Notes under the pieces: model-generated
Databases searched by the model: none
What the model was told of the DNA's origin: nothing
Seen by the model: only the letters and a program-made list of their open reading frames with translations
DNA from: a virus
Reading direction: 5' to 3' (one strand)
IMG/VR virus record: IMGVR_UViG_3300037063_000214
DNA: 64,000 nt
In this document: positions 40,130 through 48,717 of the stretch, piece after piece
Numbering within the stretch: position 1 is the first letter of the stretch
Layout: every line of letters starts with the position of its first letter
Made by a program: the position numbers and the translations under genes

Positions 40130-41923
40130 GTGGAAGAATCTACAGTAGTAGCGCCAACAGTAAAAAATCTTATCTCGGAAAAATCCGCCGATCTGCGTGA
40201 CCATTTCCCCTTTAACACTATACGGGAAAATCAAAACGAGACTCTAGATAAGCTTGCAATCTGGAATAAAAGCAATAAAAAATTTTTCATTCTTGAGGCG
40301 GCCACCGGGTTCGGGAAAAGCCCAATAAATATCGCGGAAGCATCTTGGGCTAAAACATCAAAAGGACAATTTAAACCTGGTGCCTACATTCTCACCCCTC
40401 AAAAAACTCTAGCCCAACAATATATGACTGATTTTGAACCTTTGGGTTTAGTTGAACTCAAAGGGAGAACCAATTACACCTGCGCGAGCTGGTCAAAACA
40501 AATGGGGGATAGAGTAAATTGTGAAGATGGGGCATCTATGAATGAAGCCCAGAGAAAGAAGATATCCGATCAAGATAAAAATCCTTCAGAGGAGCCAGAC
40601 AATTTCGTGGATCAAAATCCCTCTCCAGAGGAGCCAGACGATTTCGTGGATCAAAATCCCTCTCCAGAGGTACGTTGTGGTTCCTGCCCATACCGCATTG
40701 CTAAAGATAAATTCATGCATTACCCTTTTGGTACAACAAATTTTGCATACTATTTGTACGAATCAAACCTCTCTGGTCAATTACCAAGAAGAAATACACT
40801 AATTTTAGACGAGGCTCATAACACAGAAGAACAAATTTTAGGCTTAACGGAAACAGTAATTACTCAAAAAGATTGTACTAAAAATGGTGTATCTGAAAAA
40901 CTTCCCATTTTTAAAGATAATGATTCAGATGCGGTTATGCTTTGGCTTGATAATATTTTGGTGCCCGCTATTTCTAAACGATTAATGCATCTGGCTTCGC
41001 AGCTAACATCTGAAAAAAACAGAGTAGCATTAGACGCGGCAAGAAAAAAATCAGCACTGGAGAATTTTATTTTACGCTTGAATTTTTTTCGTTACGCAAA
41101 AGATAAAAGTGAGTGGTTTGTTTGGTCCGACTGGAATGAACAATTTAAACAGGGTACAGGAGATTTGTGTATTAAGCCTTTAACCGCACGTTTATTTGCG
41201 CATGATCTTCTGTTCTCTAAAGCCCAAAAAATATTGATTACATCCGCTACGATTCTTGATCCCAATACTTTCATGCGTAGTTTAGGGATACATCCAAACG
41301 ATGCAGAGTATCTTTCTATTGGTAGTGAATTTCCCATAGAAAATCGTCCTCTATTTTATTGGCCGGTAGGGAATATGCGCCAAAAAGATATTAAAGAAAC
41401 TCTCCCAAAAATGGCAGAAGAGGTAGAAAAAATTTTAAAGTACGCTCGATATTCAACTAAAAAAGGAATTGTACACACACAATCCTATTACATCAATAAT
41501 TATTTGGTGCGATATTTGCGGGATAGAGGACTTGGGAATAGAATTATAACTCATGATTCGAATTTTGGAGCAAGGGAAGAAGCGCAATTTCAACATATAG
41601 TAGCTAGAGAAAAAGACCCTACTATTTTATTTTCTCCGTCTATGACAGAGGGGCTCGACCTTAGGGAGGATTTAAGTCGATTGCAAATAGTTTGTAAGGT
41701 TCCTTATCCAGCGCTTACGCCGTACAATAAAGCTAGAATGCAACGTGACCCTGCATATTATCAATGGCAAACCGCTTTAAAACTGGTTCAGCAAACCGGC
41801 AGAAGCAACCGAAGCGCAACTGATCGTTCCCATACTTTTATACTAGATTCTGGCTTTAGTACTTTTATTCAAAAAAATAATCATATCCTACCCAAGTACT
41901 GGCTCGATGCGATCCACTGGTAA
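40130..41923 (+). CDS. Superfamily-2 DEAH-box helicase, XPD/DinG-like with a Cys-rich (Fe-S) insert
   Basis: GTG start. Walker A EAATGFGKS; motif II LILDEAHN; motif VI QQTGRSNRS. Cys cluster YTC..NCED..RCGSC lies between motifs I and II. Confidence 0.7.
   Translation: MEESTVVAPTVKNLISEKSADLRDHFPFNTIRENQNETLDKLAIWNKSNKKFFILEAATGFGKSPINIAEASWAKTSKGQFKPGAYILTPQKTLAQQYMTDFEPLGLVELKGRTNYTCASWSKQMGDRVNCEDGASMNEAQRKKISDQDKNPSEEPDNFVDQNPSPEEPDDFVDQNPSPEVRCGSCPYRIAKDKFMHYPFGTTNFAYYLYESNLSGQLPRRNTLILDEAHNTEEQILGLTETVITQKDCTKNGVSEKLPIFKDNDSDAVMLWLDNILVPAISKRLMHLASQLTSEKNRVALDAARKKSALENFILRLNFFRYAKDKSEWFVWSDWNEQFKQGTGDLCIKPLTARLFAHDLLFSKAQKILITSATILDPNTFMRSLGIHPNDAEYLSIGSEFPIENRPLFYWPVGNMRQKDIKETLPKMAEEVEKILKYARYSTKKGIVHTQSYYINNYLVRYLRDRGLGNRIITHDSNFGAREEAQFQHIVAREKDPTILFSPSMTEGLDLREDLSRLQIVCKVPYPALTPYNKARMQRDPAYYQWQTALKLVQQTGRSNRSATDRSHTFILDSGFSTFIQKNNHILPKYWLDAIHW
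40578..40670 (+). repeat. 39-nt tandem direct repeat (two full copies plus partial flanks) inside the helicase Fe-S region, encoding PEEPD(N/D)FVDQNPS x2
   Basis: cagaggagccagacaatttcgtggatcaaaatccctctc at 40587-40625 and again at 40626-40664 (1 mismatch), with partial copies on both sides. Confidence 0.85.
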
Positions 41924-42014
41924 ATATTTTTTAACACGCTGAAAACAAAAGGTTTAAAAATATACTTTTTCGGTATTCCTAATGTATACTAGGAGTGGAG
42001 GGAACAACACCCCT

Positions 42015-42563
42015 ATGATTACATCTTTGGACAAAAACAATCTCAAGACTCTACGCAGCGCAATGGAATCCGCTCTGGAGCAGGTAACCAAGCAATATGG
42101 TGTGAAGTTCCGTGTTGGCAGCGCCCGATTTTCTCCTGATGCGGCAACCTTCAAAGTTGAAGTGGCTACCGTTTCTACCGATGGAGTAGTCAACACCAAG
42201 AAAGTGGCTGAATTTAAGCATTGTTGTCATCAATACGGCTTGAAGGAAGAGCACCTTGGGGTTTACATTACCTATAATGGGATGCAGTATAAAATTAGCG
42301 GACTATCCCTCAGTTCGTGGCGTTATCCCATCCTTGCCGATCGTATATCTGACGGCAAAACCTTCAAACTTCCGGAAAGCGCAGTTGCCAGTTTAACATC
42401 CGTTGTTTCGCCTTCTTTTGGGGCTTGTCAGAATACAAGCTGCGCCGGTTTGGCTTCTGAACGGCGTAAGATCGGCGGCAAGGTGGTTACTTTGTGTGAA
42501 TCCTGCGCAATCCTGCACGATGAAGCGATGGCTGAATTGAAATCCGAAGCAGCGGGGAGTTAA
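42015..42563 (+). CDS. Hypothetical protein (182 aa from the first SD-supported ATG)
   Basis: GGAGTGGAGGG SD before the ATG at 42015. The track ORF starts earlier at 41982. Confidence 0.5.
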   Translation: MITSLDKNNLKTLRSAMESALEQVTKQYGVKFRVGSARFSPDAATFKVEVATVSTDGVVNTKKVAEFKHCCHQYGLKEEHLGVYITYNGMQYKISGLSLSSWRYPILADRISDGKTFKLPESAVASLTSVVSPSFGACQNTSCAGLASERRKIGGKVVTLCESCAILHDEAMAELKSEAAGS

Positions 42564-42565
42564 GT

Positions 42566-42889
42566 ATGGCAGCTAAAATTTGTTGTACACCAGCAAGTAT
42601 CGTATGCCCGGAATTCTCGGATTTTTCCGATTACAAAGTATATAATGCCGCGTGCGAGAAATATGTTAAAGCTACGCAAGAATGGACGAAAGCGAACGGC
42701 TCTAGCGAATGCGCCGGAGAGATTATTTTCTTTGGTGTAGGTGACGGCAGTGCGCGTTATGTCGTTTTTTCACTCAAGCCAGTGAAATTAATTCACCTGG
42801 ATGATGGGGATTCGTACCATTTTCCATACGCCCATCTTTTGACCGCGAAAGCTGTTCGTGAAGAAGTCCGCAGAAACAAGGGGGAGTGA
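42566..42889 (+). CDS. Hypothetical protein (107 aa)
   Basis: ORF 3 nt after the upstream stop. Confidence 0.45.
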   Translation: MAAKICCTPASIVCPEFSDFSDYKVYNAACEKYVKATQEWTKANGSSECAGEIIFFGVGDGSARYVVFSLKPVKLIHLDDGDSYHFPYAHLLTAKAVREEVRRNKGE

Positions 42890-43062
42890 TGACAATAGAA
42901 GAACGAGCTGATTGGATAGAAGCAAAGATGCAGGCTAATTGCAGAAGTCTGGACGATCATAGCTGCATTGAATATGGATTAGCTCTGCTTTGTGCTTTAG
43001 CCCATCTAAACTATACTGATGAGCAATGGGAACAAGCTGAGAAATTAATTCAATCAAATTAG
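42889..43062 (+). CDS. Small hypothetical protein (57 aa), below the track's 60-aa cutoff
   Basis: ATGA overlap with the upstream stop (gtgATGAcaat). Reads MTIEERADWIEAKMQ... Confidence 0.35.
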   Translation: MTIEERADWIEAKMQANCRSLDDHSCIEYGLALLCALAHLNYTDEQWEQAEKLIQSN

Positions 43063-43143
43063 AGGCATGAAACGACCAAGAAATGTTGATCCCAACGATA
43101 GGCGGAGCCCGATGCAGCGATTGTTGGAGGGGAAAACAACGCA

Positions 43144-43731
43144 ATGACAATCTACTATAAACTCACGACACAAGAAGGAATGACCCAAAACAATACCCAA
43201 TGGGGCGAGAATGTAACTCATGAGGCTACGGGAGACATTGAGCAAGATTTATGCTCCAATGCATGGATACATGCGTACACCCATCCCTTACTCGCCATAC
43301 TCATGAACCCGGCTCATGCGATGATAAAAAATCCCATCCTTTGGGAAGGAAATGGAGAAGGGGAAGCAAAATTTGAACCCCTTAAGTGCGGGTTCAGAAA
43401 GTTTACTACGCTTCGACAAATTCCTCTTCCCGAAGTAACCAATGTTCAAAAGGTAGCCTTTGGTATTCTCTGTGCTAAAGAAATAAATACGGACTCAAGT
43501 TGGAACCAATGGGCAGATAAGTGGTTAAGCGGGGAGGATCGTACTAAATCTTCTGCTTATTATGCTGCTTATGCTGCTGCTTCTGCTGCTTCTGCTGCTT
43601 ATGCTGCTTCTAATGCTGCTAAGTATGCTGATGCTGCTGCTTATGCTGCTTATGCTGCTTATAATGCTGCTTCTAAAGGCAAAGAATTAGATTTTGTTTC
43701 GATTGCCCTTAAAGCCATGGAGGTGAAATGA
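43144..43731 (+). CDS. Hypothetical protein with a C-terminal Ala/Tyr-rich repeat (AAYAA)n
   Basis: C-terminus SAYYAAYAAASAASAAYAASNAAKYADAAAYAAYAAYNAAS is encoded by a GCT-rich microsatellite at 43549-43680. Confidence 0.55.
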   Translation: MTIYYKLTTQEGMTQNNTQWGENVTHEATGDIEQDLCSNAWIHAYTHPLLAILMNPAHAMIKNPILWEGNGEGEAKFEPLKCGFRKFTTLRQIPLPEVTNVQKVAFGILCAKEINTDSSWNQWADKWLSGEDRTKSSAYYAAYAAASAASAAYAASNAAKYADAAAYAAYAAYNAASKGKELDFVSIALKAMEVK

Positions 43732-44012
43732 TGAGTAAACAGGCGGGGTTGATGCGTGAAATGGTGTGTTCGAAAGGGGATGTAATTCTAAAAAAAGAGA
43801 GTGATCTGCTGGTCAAAGATACGAAATTGACCACTTTATTTTTCCATATCTTCAATTGTGGTGAATGTAAAAAACCCGCACATTTCGGTTTGACTTTGAT
43901 GGCTTTGGCTGTAAGGGGTGCTACGGATATTGCTTTAGAAGAAGTCGCTGGACAAGGATATCAGGAGATTGTGAATGAAGAAGCTGGAGAAGCTGGAGCA
44001 GCGAGAAGCTGA
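43728..44012 (+). CDS. Hypothetical small protein (94 aa)
   Basis: GGAGGTG SD; ATGA overlap with the upstream gene. Confidence 0.4.
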   Translation: MMSKQAGLMREMVCSKGDVILKKESDLLVKDTKLTTLFFHIFNCGECKKPAHFGLTLMALAVRGATDIALEEVAGQGYQEIVNEEAGEAGAARS

Positions 44013-44634
44013 AAATTTGGTGGTTATGCTTTTAGGATGCAAGCTACCTCTGACTCACGAGGCACTTAAAGCTGCGTATCGAAATGCTGTGAGACGCCTT
44101 CGCCCTGACTTAGCCAACAATAAGCAGAATGACGAAGAATTCATTCACATGAAGGATTTGTATTCAGCGTTGCTGGATCAAGAGCCGATTTGGGCGTTTG
44201 TAGACAGTCTTCCCTTAACAAAAACTGTCGAAGGTACTCCCCTAAATGACCTGGGTTTGGGTCTGGGTTCTCGAAAAAACGGAACTGATTGCAAGGATTG
44301 TAACCACAAAGGGTACACAGAACATCATCCTACGGGCTACCAGCGCTGCTCTTGGTGTTTTGCGGGGTTTGCCTACTCGCAACCTTGTCTACGCTGTAGC
44401 GGCACTGGAAATGGCCCTAAGCAGGTTCCTAATACTTGTCCCCAGTGCCTGGGTCGGGGAATTAAGGAATTTTCTCGTGTTGTGCGGTGCGGACAATGCG
44501 ATGGAAGCGGCGGGAAGCAAATTAAAGAAAAGGCAGTTGAATATCACACCTGTTACAAATGCTTAGGAACGGGTGAAATTGAAATTTTCAATCCAGTGAT
44601 TCCAAAAGGGGTTTTAATAGGAAAAGAAAGGTAG
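43975..44634 (+). CDS. DnaJ-like protein: degenerate J-domain (HPD replaced by RPD) plus a DnaJ-type zinc finger (4x CxxCxGxG)
   Basis: THEALKAAYRNAVRRLRPDLANNKQNDEEFIHMKDLYSAL is J-domain-like. CLRCSGTG, CPQCLGRG, CGQCDGSG, CYKCLGTG are the four zinc-finger repeats. AGGAG SD present. Confidence 0.7.
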   Translation: MKKLEKLEQREAENLVVMLLGCKLPLTHEALKAAYRNAVRRLRPDLANNKQNDEEFIHMKDLYSALLDQEPIWAFVDSLPLTKTVEGTPLNDLGLGLGSRKNGTDCKDCNHKGYTEHHPTGYQRCSWCFAGFAYSQPCLRCSGTGNGPKQVPNTCPQCLGRGIKEFSRVVRCGQCDGSGGKQIKEKAVEYHTCYKCLGTGEIEIFNPVIPKGVLIGKER

Positions 44635-44640
44635 AAAAAT

Positions 44641-44904
44641 ATGGCGGAACATATGAATCAAACAGTAGAGCCAGAGTTGGATGGTTTCAATCGCATGGGT
44701 AAGCCGCTCAGTGAACAAGCAAGGAGCGCAGCCTATGAGCATTGTAAGGCAATGGGACTTAATTCAGCGCGGGCGTGGGAATGCGTCAGCTCAATAGCAA
44801 ATCAACTGGAGCATGATAAGCCTTATGAGGCTCAAGCTGCCGGGATGAGGTTTCTCGATTTGACTGGAACCTATCGCCTGATGGCTGTTCTACTAACAGC
44901 ATAG
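44641..44904 (+). CDS. Hypothetical small protein (87 aa)
   Basis: ORF with upstream GGTAGAAAAAT then ATG. Confidence 0.4.
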   Translation: MAEHMNQTVEPELDGFNRMGKPLSEQARSAAYEHCKAMGLNSARAWECVSSIANQLEHDKPYEAQAAGMRFLDLTGTYRLMAVLLTA

Positions 44905-44939
44905 CAAAAGAAGGGTAGAAAAATATGGAGAGAAACTAA

Positions 44940-45320
44940 ATGATAGTCACCATCTTGGCATACAAGTCGGACGGCGTGGATGTCTGCCATGGCTGTGTCA
45001 TGGCACACTATTCCTCGGACTTTCAATGGAAATCCTCTATGGATCGAGGAGAGATCGCCGAGTTCCTCGCGGGTCTCATGTTCGACAACAAGCATCTCGA
45101 CACAAACGAGGGCGGGTACGAATTCACGTTCCTCTTCAACGGCGAAGAGAATAATGGTGAATGGGATTCGGCCGTCCTCAGAAGTGAGATAGAGGAGAAA
45201 GCCACAGCGCTTTACAATCTTAAGGAGATCGACTTCCAACGGAAGGACGCCGAATCCAAGAAGCGATCCGCCGACAATGTTGGGCAAGAGGCAAATGGTG
45301 GAATCGTTAGTATTCAATAG
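44940..45320 (+). CDS. Hypothetical protein (126 aa) in a GC-rich, atypical-codon island
   Basis: Local GC is visibly higher (about 50%+) with GC3-rich codons (ctc, ttc, gac, atc, ggc), unlike the flanks. An antisense ORF 44871..45317 also exists; the + frame is preferred on operon polarity. Confidence 0.45.
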   Translation: MIVTILAYKSDGVDVCHGCVMAHYSSDFQWKSSMDRGEIAEFLAGLMFDNKHLDTNEGGYEFTFLFNGEENNGEWDSAVLRSEIEEKATALYNLKEIDFQRKDAESKKRSADNVGQEANGGIVSIQ

Positions 45321-45322
45321 AC

Positions 45323-45616
45323 ATGCTTCCTACGCGTCGTCAAAAAAAGCGAATCCCTAAAGCAAAAGATATTGTTCTGATGATGCGAGCCTTATCCGCA
45401 TGTATTCCTATGCACGCTCGTCCGAACCATGGTTTGCGCGAGTCTTTGAAAGGGGTTGTAAACTACCGTTTTCAATGCATTACCTATGATGTGGATTGGA
45501 CGGTTGATGTATATCATGGAGATTTTTTTGTTGTAGGGGCTCGCAATTTTAATCAACCCTGTCCTTCGGTGTCATCTGCTATTAAACATTTGCGGCGTAT
45601 GTTAGGATTAAAGTAA
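45323..45616 (+). CDS. Hypothetical protein (97 aa)
   Basis: ORF only. Confidence 0.4.
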   Translation: MLPTRRQKKRIPKAKDIVLMMRALSACIPMHARPNHGLRESLKGVVNYRFQCITYDVDWTVDVYHGDFFVVGARNFNQPCPSVSSAIKHLRRMLGLK

Positions 45617-46191
45617 TGCTCATTCCTCTCGCTATAAACACAGAAGACGATATCAAAGTCATTTTAGCCCATCAAACCCTTATAACTAAAACAGCTCAAG
45701 CAGAATGCGTGCAAGAAGCATTGATCGATGGTGTACCTAAAGCCGCTGAACAATACATAAAAGATGAATCTAAAGTGTTGGAGAAATACGCCAGGTACCC
45801 CACTCTTACAGAATACAGCCTTATGCCCAACGCCTCCAGCGCATTTAAATGGGGGGCTACTTTTGGGGTTACAGCGTTAGTAGGTATTTTGATTCTTGAC
45901 GCTACTAAGCAATTGTTTGATGAAAAACCCGATTTAAAAGATGCGTATTTGCGTTATTTGATACAACTGGATGACCGACAAAAAACAATCAATTTAAACG
46001 ACAAAGTAACTAAAGTATTTACTGTATTATCTGAACATTTTGGGATTATCTGGGGAAAAAATGATACCATATCGCTTACAGTTGTAGGTCGGAGAGTACT
46101 GCTTCATTTGATAGATGCTCAAAAATTTGTTGAAGAGATCATTGAAGCTCATTCCCATTTACAGCCTAAAATCCCAGATACTAGTATTTAA
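45616..46191 (+). CDS. Hypothetical protein (191 aa) with one predicted TM segment
   Basis: ATG overlaps the upstream stop; hydrophobic stretch GATFGVTALVGILILDA. Confidence 0.45.
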   Translation: MLIPLAINTEDDIKVILAHQTLITKTAQAECVQEALIDGVPKAAEQYIKDESKVLEKYARYPTLTEYSLMPNASSAFKWGATFGVTALVGILILDATKQLFDEKPDLKDAYLRYLIQLDDRQKTINLNDKVTKVFTVLSEHFGIIWGKNDTISLTVVGRRVLLHLIDAQKFVEEIIEAHSHLQPKIPDTSI

Positions 46192-46195
46192 AGAA

Positions 46196-46669
46196 ATGAG
46201 GAAGGTATATTTAGCAGCTCCATTTGAGTGGATTGATCGAATGAAAGTATACGCACAAGAATTGCGTACACTAGGGTTTGAAGTAACTTCTCGTTGGCTA
46301 GATGAGCAATATAAAGGCGGGGAAACGGATATAACAAATGAAGACGGAGGCACCCAGTTAGATAAAAAAGATATTGCTATCAGTTACGCGATCAGAGATA
46401 TGCGAAATATTCTTGCGTCTGATATTTTAATCGAATTTAATCCTGGAAAAGCTCTGGTGCGAAATACCCGTTTAGCAGAATTTGGAGGCGCTCTCTTTTT
46501 AGGGAAGCAATGTATTGTAATTGGTCCTGAAAATCCAAAATATAGAGACCATATCGATACCGTTTTTATATTTTTGCAGGGTGATGCGCTCCCCGATGAT
46601 TTGAAGGCCGCTGGCATTAAACCAGTGAAGCATTTTCATACTTGGGAAGATTTTAAACAAACTATATGA
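46196..46669 (+). CDS. Nucleoside 2-deoxyribosyltransferase / DNPH1-like (Nuc_deoxyrib_tr superfamily) protein
   Basis: MRKVYLAAPFE... and NTRLAEFGGALFLGKQCIVIG resemble the YLAGPF and E-containing xGTxfElGyA motifs of this family. Confidence 0.55.
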   Translation: MRKVYLAAPFEWIDRMKVYAQELRTLGFEVTSRWLDEQYKGGETDITNEDGGTQLDKKDIAISYAIRDMRNILASDILIEFNPGKALVRNTRLAEFGGALFLGKQCIVIGPENPKYRDHIDTVFIFLQGDALPDDLKAAGIKPVKHFHTWEDFKQTI

Positions 46670-47448
46670 GCGTGAAGAAAACCGGTGTAATCGGAGTAGA
46701 ATATCCCACCACCCCGCTTCTTTTAGAGCGAACTGTAAAAATGCACAATATTTTGATCGGCAACGACACTACACAGATTCGTTTTGCTGAGCAATTTTTG
46801 TCTACCGTACACAACACCAAAATTTACCATCAGGAAATGCCTGTAGTTAACGATAGTCATCTTTTAGGTAAAGATGAACCTCAACTATATCTTGTAGAGC
46901 GTTCCGGCCTTATCGATATATCCCCACATGTTAAAACAAAAACAGGCATTTTTTCCACTGATATAATCCGGAAAGGTAGCACTGGCGTTCACGCTATTGT
47001 TCGTTTTGCGGCCCAACTTTTAGATATTAAAAAACCCGATAAAATTATAACTCAAAAAATAGCTGATGAAATTGTAGATGACATTTATGATATAAAAGCA
47101 AGTATTTGGTGGGCCGCTTGGCTTTTAAGCGGATCAGTGGTAGAAAAGAATAAATGGGTAAGACCTTGGGAAAATTGGTTAACTTGGATGCCAAGGGATG
47201 AAGACCCCAGGTATCGACTTAATTCCCTTTACTGGGAGTTAGTAATGTGGGTTTTTGCGGCCTTAGGAGACGAACGTGGATACAAAAAAACAAAAGGGCG
47301 CTGGAACCAAAAAAAATTTGAAAATTTAATACAATTAGCTTTGCCTAAAGATAGAGTTTACAGTAGCTTAGAGGTGCTTAGTATATGGCGAGAACGCCAA
47401 TATGACCCATATATTTGTATAATGAAAATATCTCAAATTTGGCGATAA
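46666..47448 (+). CDS. Hypothetical protein (260 aa)
   Basis: ATGA overlap with the upstream gene. Confidence 0.5.
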   Translation: MSVKKTGVIGVEYPTTPLLLERTVKMHNILIGNDTTQIRFAEQFLSTVHNTKIYHQEMPVVNDSHLLGKDEPQLYLVERSGLIDISPHVKTKTGIFSTDIIRKGSTGVHAIVRFAAQLLDIKKPDKIITQKIADEIVDDIYDIKASIWWAAWLLSGSVVEKNKWVRPWENWLTWMPRDEDPRYRLNSLYWELVMWVFAALGDERGYKKTKGRWNQKKFENLIQLALPKDRVYSSLEVLSIWRERQYDPYICIMKISQIWR

Positions 47449-47510
47449 TTTTTTGACTATGATACTCTTAGATATGTCGTTTGGTTACTAAGATAATCAA
47501 GCGGCATATT

Positions 47511-47539
47511 TGATTAATACAGCCAAGTGCAGTATTATC
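47511..47539 (+). promoter_or_regulatory. Sigma70-like promoter TTGATT-N17-TATTAT
   Basis: ttgatt at 47511-47516 and tattat at 47534-47539 in a 125-nt non-coding gap, about 35 nt before the GTG start with GAGGAG SD. Confidence 0.5.
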
Positions 47540-47573
47540 ATGCTATGGGGATTTTTCCCCGAGGAGAAACACA

Positions 47574-48236
47574 GTGAATAAATTCGCTAATATCTTTGCG
47601 GTAATCGTCCTCATGGTCGGTGTCGCTTTTGCACAAACTACTCCAACCACAACTGCTACTGAGTATTATGGTAGCCACTTCGCTCCCTATGTTGAAGGTT
47701 TTATCACTAATACCCCCACATCCAATAACACAGTAAACGGCAGCGTAGGGGCTGGTGTGGAATCTAACTATGAGCATCTGTACGTGGATGCTAATGGTCT
47801 TTTCAATACAACCCAAGCTACAGGCGGTGGGTACTCTGGTAGTTTTACAGCACAAGCCTATGCCAAGTTCGGATATGTATTGCTCGGCGGGGGTGCTAGT
47901 TTTGTAGAAAACTCAAACAGTTTTAGCACTTACTTCAATCATTGTGAAAAAGCGGGTGTAAAGGGTTGCGCTGTACTAGTCCAAAATTCCGCTAATCCAT
48001 TCGTGGGTGGTGGTGTTCAAGTTGGTCGTTTGCGCTCTATCTTTACTTACACAATTCCTGCGGCTAATGCACTTCCTGGACAACAGCAATTCAATGTTAA
48101 TACAGAATTCGCTGCAACCAAGCATATCCGTGTTGTAGTACCTGTACAGTTTACAACGTATTATGATGGTATTGTAAGCCCCACGCATTCTGCAACTGTC
48201 GGTCAATACGGCGGCGGTGTAAAGTTGGTGTGGTAA
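47574..48236 (+). CDS. Secreted outer-membrane beta-barrel-like protein (220 aa), a moron candidate (Lom/Ail/OmpX-like architecture)
   Basis: GTG start with GAGGAG SD. Signal peptide MNKFANIFAVIVLMVGVAFAQ. Alternating hydrophobic/polar, Gly/Tyr-rich segments; C-terminal aromatic ...GGGVKLVW. Own promoter and terminator. Confidence 0.55.
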   Translation: MNKFANIFAVIVLMVGVAFAQTTPTTTATEYYGSHFAPYVEGFITNTPTSNNTVNGSVGAGVESNYEHLYVDANGLFNTTQATGGGYSGSFTAQAYAKFGYVLLGGGASFVENSNSFSTYFNHCEKAGVKGCAVLVQNSANPFVGGGVQVGRLRSIFTYTIPAANALPGQQQFNVNTEFAATKHIRVVVPVQFTTYYDGIVSPTHSATVGQYGGGVKLVW

Positions 48237-48255
48237 TTGTACTTGTTTCTTCCCT

Positions 48256-48287
48256 AAGCCCCGGATCAAACCGGGGCTTTTCTTTTT
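48256..48287 (+). terminator. Rho-independent terminator
   Basis: aagccccgg-atcaaa-ccggggctt hairpin followed by TTCTTTTT. Confidence 0.8.
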
Positions 48288-48332
48288 GCCTATAATCCCT
48301 GCAAAAGCAGTATTAAACCTAAGCAGGAAATT

Positions 48333-48698
48333 ATGGCTACAAGCAAGTCTAAAATCGGGCGTGAAGAGTTAGTATCTAAAGTTCAAAGTAGACTCAAACT
48401 CAAAACCAAGAAGGAAGCTGATTACATCATAAACGAAGTAGTAGCGGCCCTTGAGTCTACTCTTTTAAGTAACCTCCAAACAAAAGATTTCACCTTGAAG
48501 CTGAGTTCCTTCGGGAAATTTACAGTACGGCATAAAACCGGCATTGTAAGATTCATCCCATTTACCCGTGAAGTAAAACAAACAAAGAATAAAAGAAAGA
48601 TTAGATTTACTCCATTGGGAGAATTGCGGAGAGCGGAACCAGAACCTGAAAGTGATCCTGTGAATTCAAAAAATGATCCAAAAGACAGTAGTAAATAA
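48333..48698 (+). CDS. HU/IHF-family histone-like DNA-binding protein with a C-terminal extension
   Basis: AGGAAA SD. ...FGKFTVRHKTGIVRFIPFTREV...KIRFTPLGELRR fits the HU arm signature. Confidence 0.5.
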   Translation: MATSKSKIGREELVSKVQSRLKLKTKKEADYIINEVVAALESTLLSNLQTKDFTLKLSSFGKFTVRHKTGIVRFIPFTREVKQTKNKRKIRFTPLGELRRAEPEPESDPVNSKNDPKDSSK

Positions 48699-48717
48699 AA
48701 GTAGGAGAGATACAAAT

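Noticed and set aside
40542-40802. ORF 40542..40802(+) in an alternative frame through the helicase tandem repeat (IKILQRSQTISWIKIPLQRSQTISW)
   Set aside because: It is an artefact of reading the 39-nt repeat in another frame. The helicase frame carries the conserved motifs I, II and VI across this region.
43975-44012. Possible programmed frameshift joining 43728..44012 to the DnaJ-like ORF across GAAGCTGGAGAAGCTGGAG repeats
   Set aside because: The downstream ORF has its own AGGAG SD and ATG at 43975. The J-domain begins right after that start, so two overlapping genes is the simpler reading.
44871-45317. 148-aa antisense ORF covering the GC-rich island
   Set aside because: High GC removes stops on both strands. 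The + frame is preferred because it follows the operon polarity, has GC3-biased codons and is flanked by short-gap + strand neighbours. Not fully excluded.
48333-48698. Calling 48333..48698 specifically IHF alpha/beta
   Set aside because: Only the generic HU/IHF arm pattern is visible and the protein has an unusual C-terminal extension, so the call stays at HU/IHF family.
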